Positions 48,385 to 57,727 of a DNA stretch of 64,000 bases are shown here, in pieces. A program made the position numbers and the translations under genes. The stretch spans positions 32,001 through 96,000 of the forward strand of contig JAQBYT010000008.1 in the NCBI GenBank assembly GCA_027622665.1, in the 5' to 3' direction. This DNA is from Verrucomicrobiota bacterium. GTDB taxonomy: Bacteria > Verrucomicrobiota > Verrucomicrobiia > Opitutales > Seribacteraceae. How positions within the stretch are numbered: the first letter of the stretch is position 1; every line of letters starts with the position of its first letter. The notes under the pieces are model-generated. The model had not been told where the DNA came from, ran no database searches, and saw only the letters and a program-made list of their open reading frames with translations.

Positions 48385-48987
48385 ATGATAGCCACCATTC
48401 GCGGAATCCTCTTGGAGTGCCAAACAAACCTTGCGGTCATCGAAGTCGGAGGCATTGGCTACGAAGTAAACGTCCCGCTCACAACCTCGGAAAAGCTTCC
48501 CGCCCTAGGCAAGGAAATCAAGCTCCACACGCATGCCTCCTATCGTGAGGACGCTCAGACCCTGTACGGTTTCGCCGATCGCGAATCTCGCGACTTCTTT
48601 CGCCTCATCGTCGACAAGGTTTCCGGCATCGGTCCCCGAATCGCGATAAACCTGCTGGGCTCGCTATCCCTTCCCACTCTCAAGAGCGCGATTGCGGCAG
48701 GAGATATCGGGCTCCTCTCCAAAGCTCCCGGTCTCGGCAAAAAGACCGCCGAGCGCATCGTGGTCGAGCTAAAGGACAAGGTGCTGCCTGCAGGCTCGAT
48801 GATCGCCGCTCCCGCCGGAACCACTGCCCCACCCTCTTCGCCCGGAGCCTATCAGGACGCCCTGACCGCACTTCTTACCCTCGGATACAAGGCAACCGAC
48901 GCCGACAAAGCCGTCAGGCAGGCTGCCGACGCCCTAGGCGCCGAAGTCAGTACAGAGGAACTGATCCGAAAGGCCCTCGGTCGCTAA
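48385..48987 (+). CDS. ruvA: Holliday junction branch migration protein RuvA
   Basis: MIATIRG, GIGYEV, REDAQTLYGF, VSGIGPR, PGLGKKTAERIVVELKDK, ALLTLGY. ATG 48385. Confidence 0.96.
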   Translation: MIATIRGILLECQTNLAVIEVGGIGYEVNVPLTTSEKLPALGKEIKLHTHASYREDAQTLYGFADRESRDFFRLIVDKVSGIGPRIAINLLGSLSLPTLKSAIAAGDIGLLSKAPGLGKKTAERIVVELKDKVLPAGSMIAAPAGTTAPPSSPGAYQDALTALLTLGYKATDADKAVRQAADALGAEVSTEELIRKALGR

Positions 48988-49090
48988 ATTCCATTTGACG
49001 AACAATTTCCCGCCCATTCTTCAGAGGAAGGCCTTTCCATGCGCTTGACTGCGAATATTCAGGGACAGGATCTGATACTGGAATTCTCGT

Positions 49091-49235
49091 GCTGGCCAAG
49101 GCTTACTCGTAGTACCCGATCGCCTTGTCGTATTCGCCCTTGCAGAAGTAGGCTGAACCGATGTTGTTGTAGTTGGTGGTGACGGAGGGATGCTCCGCCC
49201 CAAGCGTCTTCAGAGAGATAGCCGAGTCTTTCAAG
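49091..49235 (-). pseudogene. Remnant of a kinesin-light-chain-like TPR gene
   Basis: AISLKTLGAEHPSVTTNYNNIGSAYFCKGEYDKAIGYYE*ALA is one TPR unit with TAA where K of EKALA is expected. No intact start or continuation. Confidence 0.7.
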
Positions 49236-49433
49236 TTTGGATTATGTACTAGCTCGATGCAACAGTTTTGCCCACGGTGCAAACTTGGGAACTTTTTATG
49301 TCGGAGCAAATAGACTGTGAGTGAATGTGAAATCGTGGCAAAAGAGATTATTCGTCATAACTTGTTTGCTTGTGAAAGACGGGATGAAGGGAGTAGAGTC
49401 CAATAACTAACTTTTTCTTTGATTCTGTTTTTT

Positions 49434-50714
49434 ATGAAAAGCCCAATATTGTTTGTTTCCATTTGGGTTAGCACCGCTGCTATCGCCTTCTGGCTGGGTA
49501 CATGGTTTTCAAATAAAGATACTGCCTCCATTCAGGTTTCCGAGCGACAAACAGCCTCTAATTCACAAGTATCAGGAGATGGCGACTCCCTGAATTCCTC
49601 GAACATCGCTCCTTCCGGACTTGCCGTTGAAGCTGAAAACTCGATTTCTTCCGCAGCAGAAAATTCGGCTCAAACCGAAAAGGTGATCGCCTTGCCGCCT
49701 AACTTGCGAAGGGCCATGAAGGCAAGTGGGTTGGTGGAGCGCTTGGGTGCTTATCTTGATGCCGTCCGAGCCATGGACGCAGGGAATGCGAAGTTGGTAA
49801 TCGCCGCATTTGAGGCTCTTCCTACAGGATATGGTCGGCATCTTGAGATGAAACTGCTTATGCGCAGTTGGGCGACCTTCGATCCCGTTGGAGCCCTCGC
49901 TTATGCAAATGAAAAATTAGACGCCAAGAGCGAACGGCGCTTTGCCGTTGCGGAAGCTCTGGCGGAATGGGCTTCCCTTGATTCGCAGGCCGCTTTCGAG
50001 TGGGCCAAGAACAACAATGACAATCAAACTGGTGACAACCCCCTACTTGCAGGAGTAATTAAAGGCGTGGCCGAAAAAGACTTGGAAGCGGCGACCGCTA
50101 TGTTTTTCGAACTTCCGAATGGGAACGCTCGCTGGCAAGCCTCCAATCATCTCGTCCAGAAGTACGTCGAGCTTGGAGTGGACGAAGCCATCGCTTGGGC
50201 CGACCAAATTCCGCGAGACGAACAGAATTTCCGTGAGGTTCTGTTGGGCCAAATCGGTTCTCAAATTGCAAGAAAGGACCCCGGACGGGCGGCGGAATGG
50301 TCCGACACGATGGAAGCGGGAGACGGACGCAACAGGATAATCAACACCGTTCTCGGACAATGGGTCGGAAAGGATGCGAAAGCTGCAGCGGACTGGAGCG
50401 CCAAGATCGAAGACGTTGGCACCCGTCAGCATGCAATGACCCAGTTGACGAACTATTGGGCCGTTCGTGATCCTGTGGCCACGGCTCAATGGCTAAACGA
50501 CTTTCCGCGATCAACTGAAATGGATCCCGTGGTTGGCACATTCGTATCGCGCATTTCGGGACGAGATCCTGCGGGGGCCGTGGATTGGGCTCGATCGATC
50601 GTGGATCAGAAGAAACAGGATACGGCTCTCCGGCAAGCCCTCACCGCTTGGCGTCGCATAGACAAGGTTGCTGCAGAGAACTGGACCAACGCAAACGCCC
50701 CTCACTTAAAGTAG
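49434..50714 (+). CDS. Membrane-anchored hypothetical protein with W-xxx-DP-xx-A-xx-W helical repeats
   Basis: N-terminal TM, Ser-rich linker, about 8 repeats such as WATFDPVGALAY, WAVRDPVATAQW, RDPAGAVDW. Confidence 0.75.
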   Translation: MKSPILFVSIWVSTAAIAFWLGTWFSNKDTASIQVSERQTASNSQVSGDGDSLNSSNIAPSGLAVEAENSISSAAENSAQTEKVIALPPNLRRAMKASGLVERLGAYLDAVRAMDAGNAKLVIAAFEALPTGYGRHLEMKLLMRSWATFDPVGALAYANEKLDAKSERRFAVAEALAEWASLDSQAAFEWAKNNNDNQTGDNPLLAGVIKGVAEKDLEAATAMFFELPNGNARWQASNHLVQKYVELGVDEAIAWADQIPRDEQNFREVLLGQIGSQIARKDPGRAAEWSDTMEAGDGRNRIINTVLGQWVGKDAKAAADWSAKIEDVGTRQHAMTQLTNYWAVRDPVATAQWLNDFPRSTEMDPVVGTFVSRISGRDPAGAVDWARSIVDQKKQDTALRQALTAWRRIDKVAAENWTNANAPHLK

Positions 50715-50758
50715 GCCCCGCTTCCGATAAAAGGTAGTGGAGGTTAAGTTTTCGGCAA

Positions 50759-53011
50759 TTAACTCAGGCTAACGGCATCGACGTCGAGAACATCGATGAT
50801 GTCCTTGTCCATCGGGAATTCTTCTCGGAGTTTCTTCAGTACGGGAACCAATCGAGTGACCGATTCGGTAAAGTACCAAAGATGGAAACGGTAGCGCCCC
50901 TTCATCTTTTCGATCGGAGCGGGAGCAGGACCTCGAGTTTCAACGTCGGACGGAAGCTTGCCTTCAATGTGCCGCACCCATTGCTCGGCGAAAAAGAAGG
51001 TTTTGTCATCGTTGCGACCGCGAAAAAGGTGCCGAATCAGATGCCGGTAGGGAGGGTAAGAGAATTCCTTTCGCTGCTCCAGTTCATCTTCCAGAAACCC
51101 TTTCAGGTCAGATCTGCGAGCGTACTGAATGCTAGGGGCATGAGGAGCAAAAGACTGAACGAAGACCTCCCCTGCACGATCACCTCTACCTGCCCGGCCT
51201 GCCACTTGAACAAGTAATTGAAAGGCCCTTTCCGATGCCCGGAAATCCTCCATGCGGAGAGGCAGGTCGGCGTCGACAACCCCAACCAGCGTGACGTTTG
51301 GAAAGTCTAAGCCCTTGGCAATCATCTGGGTGCCCACAAGGACGTCGATCCTACCCTTTCGGAAATCGGCGAGAATTTTGCGGAAGAGATTTTTGCGGGT
51401 CATCACGTCGGCGTCGATTCGAACGACGACGGCATTACGGGGAAGCATGTCTCGGGCAATATCCTCGATTCGCTGCGTGCCGTGCCCCTTTCGAATGATT
51501 TCCGGGGATTGGCACGATGGGCAAACTCTGGGAGCATCCCGTTGGTGTCCGCAGAGATGGCAGCGGAGACGACTGTCGGTCCGATGGAAGGTCAAGGAAA
51601 TGCTGCAGTGCTTGCATTGCTCGACATGCCCGCATTCGGGGCAGAGCATGGTGGTGTTGAACCCTCGCCGGTTTAGAAAGAGAATACTTTGTTCGCGGGC
51701 GGCGCAGCGCTGTCGCAGGGCTTCCACGAGTGGTCGTGAAAGCACGGAATTTGAATCCCTTCTAAGAGCTTCGCGACGCATGTCCACGATGTGCACGACA
51801 GGGAGTTCCCGACCATCTATGCGATGAGTGAGTTCGATTATGCCGTATTTGCCGGACCGAACGTTTCGAACAGACTCTAGCGATGGAGTGGCGGAACCGA
51901 GCACGCAAGTGGCACCGGCCAGCATTGAACGGTATACCGCGACGTCCCTACCGTGATAACGCGGGGTCTCATCTTGTTTGTAGGCGGGCTCGTGCTCCTC
52001 GTCGACTATCACCAGGCGCAGGTTTCGCAATGGAGCGAAAACAGCGGATCTCGCCCCCACGACGATACGGGCTCGTCCTGACGCGACGGAGCTCCAAGCA
52101 TCAAGACGTTCACCGGCGGAAAGGTGACTGTGCCAGACGACGACCTCCGTGTCGTCTTCCGAAAAACGGCCGCGCAATCGAGCCACGGTTTGTGGAGCCA
52201 AGGCCACCTCGGGGAGTAGAAAGAGAACGGACCCGCCCGACAGCAGAGCATCCTCCATGGCAGCAAAGTAGACCTCCGTCTTGCCCGAACCGGTGATTCC
52301 TTGTAATAGGCGAACCGCAAATTTCTTGGATTTTACGCAGGCTCGCAGTTCCTCGGCGGCGACGGTTTGCTCATCGGTGAGCTTGGGAGCTTCACGTGCA
52401 ACTTTTTCTCCTGTATCAAACTCATCGTCATAGGCGACTCGATTCACTTTTTCTCGATTTTCCAAGACCAGCCCCTTCTCGACAAGTCCGTCGCAGGTGC
52501 CCGCACCTACGCCAAGTGCTTGCAATGTAGCTTCACGGGGAGCCGGATTACTTTGCTTTCTCAGAAATGCGAGTAGCTCGGCTTGCTTGGGAGCTCGAGA
52601 CACTAGAGCGGTCGCTTCTTTCTCGGGGATTTTACGATTAATTTCAATCAGTCGACGAGTCTTTTCCTTGGCTCCATCACGAACGGCGGCGGGAATCATG
52701 GCTTCGAGGACGGTTTCCTGCTTGGCGGCGTAATAGTCGGCCAACCAGCGGGCCAGAGAAATGAGATCGGGAGTGAGGACGGGTTCTTCTCGAGCAAGGG
52801 TTATGAGAAACTTCAACTTTGACGCTTCCGGTTTCACCTTTGGGATTAGGCTTGTGACGATGCCCATCACTTGCCTCCTGCCAAGAGGAATTCGAACCAA
52901 TGAACCGATCGCCAATCTTCCGCAAAAGGGAAGAGGCACGGCATAGGTGAGAGATTGGTCGAAACCGGACAGAGGCAAAACCTCGACCAGTTCGTCGCGA
53001 GGTGTAGTCAT
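50759..53011 (-). CDS. priA: Primosomal protein N'
   Basis: GITGSGKTEVY, PEVAL, GARSA, DEEHE, SATPS, LNRRG, four CxxC pairs, GTQMIAKGLDFP, QVAGRAGR. True start is ATG 53011. Confidence 0.97.
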   Translation of the reverse strand: MTTPRDELVEVLPLSGFDQSLTYAVPLPFCGRLAIGSLVRIPLGRRQVMGIVTSLIPKVKPEASKLKFLITLAREEPVLTPDLISLARWLADYYAAKQETVLEAMIPAAVRDGAKEKTRRLIEINRKIPEKEATALVSRAPKQAELLAFLRKQSNPAPREATLQALGVGAGTCDGLVEKGLVLENREKVNRVAYDDEFDTGEKVAREAPKLTDEQTVAAEELRACVKSKKFAVRLLQGITGSGKTEVYFAAMEDALLSGGSVLFLLPEVALAPQTVARLRGRFSEDDTEVVVWHSHLSAGERLDAWSSVASGRARIVVGARSAVFAPLRNLRLVIVDEEHEPAYKQDETPRYHGRDVAVYRSMLAGATCVLGSATPSLESVRNVRSGKYGIIELTHRIDGRELPVVHIVDMRREALRRDSNSVLSRPLVEALRQRCAAREQSILFLNRRGFNTTMLCPECGHVEQCKHCSISLTFHRTDSRLRCHLCGHQRDAPRVCPSCQSPEIIRKGHGTQRIEDIARDMLPRNAVVVRIDADVMTRKNLFRKILADFRKGRIDVLVGTQMIAKGLDFPNVTLVGVVDADLPLRMEDFRASERAFQLLVQVAGRAGRGDRAGEVFVQSFAPHAPSIQYARRSDLKGFLEDELEQRKEFSYPPYRHLIRHLFRGRNDDKTFFFAEQWVRHIEGKLPSDVETRGPAPAPIEKMKGRYRFHLWYFTESVTRLVPVLKKLREEFPMDKDIIDVLDVDAVSLS

Positions 53012-53018
53012 TGTTTCC

Positions 53019-54428
53019 TCAATTTTTGCGCAGGTCGTAGCAAAGGATACGGGTCGGGGTGTTGGACATGCGATCAGTGTCGTTCTGCATAACGTAAAGA
53101 AGTCCTCGAGAAACCGCAGGGAGAGTCCATGTGCCCGAAGCAAAGAAAAGTTGGGCTTTGGAGAGAATCTTCCAACCCTTTGGAGACAGATCAAGCCATA
53201 GGAGACTGCCCAATTCTGAAAGACATAAGTAATGCCCGTCGGCACGAAGAAGCGAGGCGCGAAAGGCTTCGAGAGGAAGCTTTCGACCCTGAACTTCTTG
53301 CTCCCATGCAATGCGGTTTCTCCATACCTCCTTGCCCGTGTCCACTTCAACGCAAACCATCTCAGCTCCTTGCTGATGCCTGCCGCTCACTCCATAAAGA
53401 TGGCCGTCGAAAAGTATGGGGGTCATCCAGTGAATATTGAAGTCGGGCTTCTTCCATAGCACCTTGGCGACGAACTTTTCGTTGAACTCGACGAGTACGC
53501 CACCTAATTCGTAGCACTCGGAAAGGAACACCCGGTTCTTGCCAACAGGCACGGGTGGCACAGCATTGGCAGACTCGTATTTATCCGCCCGCCATGGGAA
53601 ACGAGCGAGTTTCTCGCCTGTTTTGGGATCAAGAACCAAGAGCCCTCCTTTGGGTGGACGACTTTTTCCTCCGGTTAATACGAGACAGACCTCTTTGCCA
53701 TGGATCCTTGCCAGAGTGGGAGAAGAGTAGCTAGCACCCCAGGAATCTTTTGCGATCCACGCCTGTTTGCCTGTCTTCTTGTCAAAGGCCACGACGCACC
53801 GATCTTCCGAACCGCCTATGTTAAGGATCAACTTGTCACCCGCAACGATCGGGTTTGACCCTTTTCCAAAGAAGTATTCGGGAACGGCGAATTCCTCGGC
53901 CAAGTTTCGATTCCAGATGAGTTTTCCCGTCTCGAGGTTTAGGCAGGTCAACCAAGCGGTTACTCCGTGCAGGTACACGTGCTCCCCATCAATGACAGGG
54001 CTAGTGCGGGGACCGTTTGAATAACCGTAGCGATCCCTGTATTCTACGGGGTATTCGTAACTCCAATAGCGCTTGCCGCTCTCGGGATGAAGGCACTCCA
54101 CCGTTTCCTTTCCATTCAGTCGGTGAAAAAGGACTAGCCGTTCTCCCTTGATTCCCGGCGAGGCGTACCCTTCGCCTTTTTCTGCCTCCCAGAGGAGAGT
54201 GGGTCCTGCGGGCAACCATTTCTTAATCAAGGGTTTTTCGGTCGAAACGGCATTGTCTGCAGGTCCGTTGAAACGAGGCCAGTCATTCGTAACGGCTCCT
54301 TTCCCCAAGGGTTCGGGACCTTTATGAAAGGTGAGCCGGTCGAAAGGCAGAGGCGATGTCAGTTCATCGCCGGAAAGCCCAGATGACGTTAATAAGTAGA
54401 ATAGAAAAAGAAAGGAAAAGCACTGCAT
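53019..54428 (-). CDS. PQQ-binding-like beta-propeller repeat protein
   Basis: Signal peptide, DWPRFNGP, GYASP, GPRTSP, C....TGK..W repeats, SYSSP, terminal CYDL. Confidence 0.88.
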   Translation of the reverse strand: MQCFSFLFLFYLLTSSGLSGDELTSPLPFDRLTFHKGPEPLGKGAVTNDWPRFNGPADNAVSTEKPLIKKWLPAGPTLLWEAEKGEGYASPGIKGERLVLFHRLNGKETVECLHPESGKRYWSYEYPVEYRDRYGYSNGPRTSPVIDGEHVYLHGVTAWLTCLNLETGKLIWNRNLAEEFAVPEYFFGKGSNPIVAGDKLILNIGGSEDRCVVAFDKKTGKQAWIAKDSWGASYSSPTLARIHGKEVCLVLTGGKSRPPKGGLLVLDPKTGEKLARFPWRADKYESANAVPPVPVGKNRVFLSECYELGGVLVEFNEKFVAKVLWKKPDFNIHWMTPILFDGHLYGVSGRHQQGAEMVCVEVDTGKEVWRNRIAWEQEVQGRKLPLEAFRASLLRADGHYLCLSELGSLLWLDLSPKGWKILSKAQLFFASGTWTLPAVSRGLLYVMQNDTDRMSNTPTRILCYDLRKN

Positions 54429-54567
54429 TCAATCAAAAGTTGGTGCACCCTTCCCTTCCAAGCAATCCGAAATGCATAAAAAGGAAATCATTCCGTACTT
54501 GTAATGCATCCACTAGATCTTCTATTTAGGGATGATTAAATCGTCTTTCTGATCACACCTTTCTTTT

Positions 54568-56274
54568 GTGAAGAACATCGTTCATTCGATTCCAAGCGTT
54601 TTTAAGCATCGCAACAAAACGCGCAACGCCTCGCGCATTTTTTGGTTCGTCCTAATTCTGCTTTTCTTTGTGTCTGTCCATATGGCGGTCTACAGGCACT
54701 TGATGTCGGCGGAACTGCTTGTAATTGGAGAAACCCGAGACATAAACCTCGTGGAAAGTTTTTATTGGGTGCTGACCACAATGTCCACCCTGGGTTACGG
54801 CGACATTCACTTTGTCGGAGACGGTGGTCGAATTTTCTCGATGGTAGTTATGTTTACGGGCGTCATCTACCTATTCATTGTCCTTCCGTTTTTCTTCATG
54901 GAGTTTCTGTATAAGCCCTTCATGGAGTATCAAACCGGAGCTCGCGTACCTCGAAAGTTTGACCCAGTCGAGAAACCGCATGTAATCCTGACTCACTATG
55001 ATTCCGTAAGCCACGCGTTAATGGAAAAGCTCCGGCAATTCGGCTACCCCTTCGTTATCATTGTGGAAAAGCTGAATGAGGCTCTTGATATTCACGATAT
55101 GGGCATGCCCGTTATGCTCGGGAGTTTGGATGAAATCGAAACTTTTAATAAAGCCTCTATTCACAATGCCGCCATGGTCGTCGCGACCGACGACGACATC
55201 CGCAACGTCAACATTGCATTTCGGGCCAAAGACGCCGCCCCCGACGTTACTGTCGCCGCCCATTGTTCCCGTGCCGGCTCCGAGGACGTACTGACCCTTG
55301 CCGGGGCTGATCACGTGATTCGCAACGCCAAGCAGATGGGCACATTTCTTGCCCGCCGTATTTCCTGTACAGATACGCGTACCCACGTAATCGGCTCTTT
55401 CGACGAAGTTCTTATCGCAGAAGCAACCATTCACGGCACTCCACTGGTCGGTCTTACACTCAAGGAAACAAAGCTTCGCGAGGACTTCGGTGTCAATGTC
55501 GTAGGTATGTGGGAACGTGGACACTTCGACAACCCCGATCCTGATGCCGTATTGACAAATCACACCGTTATCCTTCTCGCCGGAACGGAAAGCAACTTCT
55601 CGAGTTATGACGAAAAATTCTGCCACTACGAGACCAACAACTCACCGGTCATCATTATCGGCGCAGGACGCGTGGGCCGTGCCACGGCCTCTGCCCTAGA
55701 AGAAACCAAAGTGCCTTATCGCGTCGTCGAGACTGACGAGGTGAAGGCCAGTAAAGTCAAGGATGCCATACTTGGGGACGCTGCCGAGCGCTCTGTCCTC
55801 GAGCGAGCCGGGATAAACAAGGCTCCCGCCGTCGTGATCACCAGTCACAGTGACGCAATCAACATCTATCTCACGATATACTGCCGGAAACTTCGTCCGG
55901 ACATTCAAATCATCACGCGAGCTTTCCTTCACCGAAACGTGGAACCTCTGCACCGAGCGGGAGCTGACTACGTCATGTCGCAGGACCACATGGGTGCAAA
56001 CACCTTTTTCAACCTCCTCAACCGTGCCGAAATCCTCATGGTCACGGAAGGTCTAGACGTATTCAGCCAGAAGACGCCTCCCGCCCTCGTCGGCGTCTCC
56101 GTAAAGGATTGCAATATACGCGAAAAGACCGGTTGCAGCATTGTTGCCATTAAGCACGTGGCAAAAACCATCATCACCCCTTCCCCGAACGATACCTTCT
56201 CAGAAGACGGCGAGATCATCCTCATCGGCGACGAAGCAGCTGAAAAAGAGTTCGAAGAAAAGTTCGGTAGCTGA
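54568..56274 (+). CDS. 2-TM potassium channel with two tandem TrkA_N/TrkA_C (RCK) modules
   Basis: Pore TTMSTLGYGD; second RCK has GAGRVG and GDA; first RCK has a degenerate Rossmann motif (THYDSVS). Confidence 0.9.
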   Translation: MKNIVHSIPSVFKHRNKTRNASRIFWFVLILLFFVSVHMAVYRHLMSAELLVIGETRDINLVESFYWVLTTMSTLGYGDIHFVGDGGRIFSMVVMFTGVIYLFIVLPFFFMEFLYKPFMEYQTGARVPRKFDPVEKPHVILTHYDSVSHALMEKLRQFGYPFVIIVEKLNEALDIHDMGMPVMLGSLDEIETFNKASIHNAAMVVATDDDIRNVNIAFRAKDAAPDVTVAAHCSRAGSEDVLTLAGADHVIRNAKQMGTFLARRISCTDTRTHVIGSFDEVLIAEATIHGTPLVGLTLKETKLREDFGVNVVGMWERGHFDNPDPDAVLTNHTVILLAGTESNFSSYDEKFCHYETNNSPVIIIGAGRVGRATASALEETKVPYRVVETDEVKASKVKDAILGDAAERSVLERAGINKAPAVVITSHSDAINIYLTIYCRKLRPDIQIITRAFLHRNVEPLHRAGADYVMSQDHMGANTFFNLLNRAEILMVTEGLDVFSQKTPPALVGVSVKDCNIREKTGCSIVAIKHVAKTIITPSPNDTFSEDGEIILIGDEAAEKEFEEKFGS

Positions 56275-56293
56275 TGTTTTCTCTTGAATCGTC

Positions 56294-57601
56294 TCAATTC
56301 CAACTTGCAGAAGTTTCCGCCAGAAGCCATTCGGCGTTGGTCAAGGCATCGTAGGCAGCTTCAATCCAAGCATGGTGATTTTCTGAACCCGAGAAACGAA
56401 CACGAGAGTCGGGAGCGAATATTTCGGGAAAGCGCTCGGGGTCTTTCATCATGCCGCGAACGGCCCGATCGGAAAGATAAATAAGCGTGGCCAGAGGTTC
56501 GCATACTCCCGCTTTCCACGGTTCCCGCCAATATTCCACTGCGGTTGACATGATTACGGGGAAGCGTCCTTTCCGCATCCAATCCGCACCTACGGCGGCA
56601 TTGTCATAGCCAAGTTGAGCGATCTCTCCGTTACGATTGATCGGTGTCGTAAGTTGACCGAGGAAACCACTTGAGTTTTCATCTCGTCGCCGTTGGAGAA
56701 TGGTGCGACCTATGTCACGGAGGAGGGCCGTAGCATATGCGAATGATGGGTTCTCACCGACCTCGAGCGCCATGGTCTTGGCCACGCAAGCTCCGCAATA
56801 GGCTCGCATCCAGTAGTCCTTCTCTTTGAGACCGTATAGGTCGAGATCGGAGTGGGACACTTCGTTCTTGAGAATCATTTCCGCTACGCGTCTCACTTCG
56901 GAATGTCCGCCACGAGTAAGGGCTTCATCAATGGAATGGCAGGGATCAAAAAAACCGTAAAAGGAACGGTTTCCGAGTTTCATGACTTGGGCGGCAAAAG
57001 ACGGGTGATTCCTAGCGAGTTCACCGAGGCGACGAGCCGATTCCTCGAGAGAAAAGGGCTTGTCGAGAGTTCTCCTCAGTCGCCGATTTAGGTCGGTCCC
57101 CGAGGAGAGACGTCTCCCCTGCCCCACAACTTCCTCGATTTCGGGAGCACGACTGAAGTACGACTCCGAACCTACCGTACTTGATTGACCCGCCCATTTT
57201 GTGATTTCTTGATTAAGGAGCGAACGAGCATGGAGTTCCGACTCGTGAAAGGCACGTTCCACTTGGGCTAAGAGTTCGCGTGGTTCGGCAACCTTGTTAA
57301 CAAAAGCAAAAGCGTGCCTGATCATAGCTTCTCGGGCTACTTCGGGGTTGGCCTTTGCCGTATGGACGATGACCCGCAACTCGCTCCATCTGTGGAGGAG
57401 GGCGGGAATGAGTTCGAGCACGTCCATGTCTTCCAGATGCAAACCCACGATAGCAACAACCGGGGATTTGATTTCCTTTCGATCCAGAACTTCTGCGGCT
57501 GTTCCGTAAGAGACCGAAGCAAAGCCCTCCGCGTCAAGTTGACGCGAAACAAAACTGCAAACGTCGGGGTTGGCGTCCACTATGAGAATCGGCGTTTTCA
57601 T
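56294..57601 (-). CDS. Receiver-like + HDOD domain protein
   Basis: ILIVD...VIVHT...AFVNK receiver fold; HPSFAAQVMKLGN..FYG, SIDEAL..., YW, ALLRDIGR, E...LGYDNAAVG, FP. Start 57601 or 57613. Confidence 0.8.
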   Translation of the reverse strand: MKTPILIVDANPDVCSFVSRQLDAEGFASVSYGTAAEVLDRKEIKSPVVAIVGLHLEDMDVLELIPALLHRWSELRVIVHTAKANPEVAREAMIRHAFAFVNKVAEPRELLAQVERAFHESELHARSLLNQEITKWAGQSSTVGSESYFSRAPEIEEVVGQGRRLSSGTDLNRRLRRTLDKPFSLEESARRLGELARNHPSFAAQVMKLGNRSFYGFFDPCHSIDEALTRGGHSEVRRVAEMILKNEVSHSDLDLYGLKEKDYWMRAYCGACVAKTMALEVGENPSFAYATALLRDIGRTILQRRRDENSSGFLGQLTTPINRNGEIAQLGYDNAAVGADWMRKGRFPVIMSTAVEYWREPWKAGVCEPLATLIYLSDRAVRGMMKDPERFPEIFAPDSRVRFSGSENHHAWIEAAYDALTNAEWLLAETSASWN

Positions 57602-57727
57602 GATAGGATTCAACTAGGTCAACTGTTGAGTCCCCATTTGTCATGACTCGGTTATCTTGCTTCTGCAAACGCATCGGGTATTTTCTTTAACAAAATTTCA
57701 TGTAGACTCTCGATTTTAAACTTTCGC

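Noticed and set aside
53012..53350. 113-aa N-terminal extension of PriA in the ORF track
   Set aside because: It overlaps the PQQ-repeat gene on the same strand in another frame; PriA similarity begins at ATG 53011.
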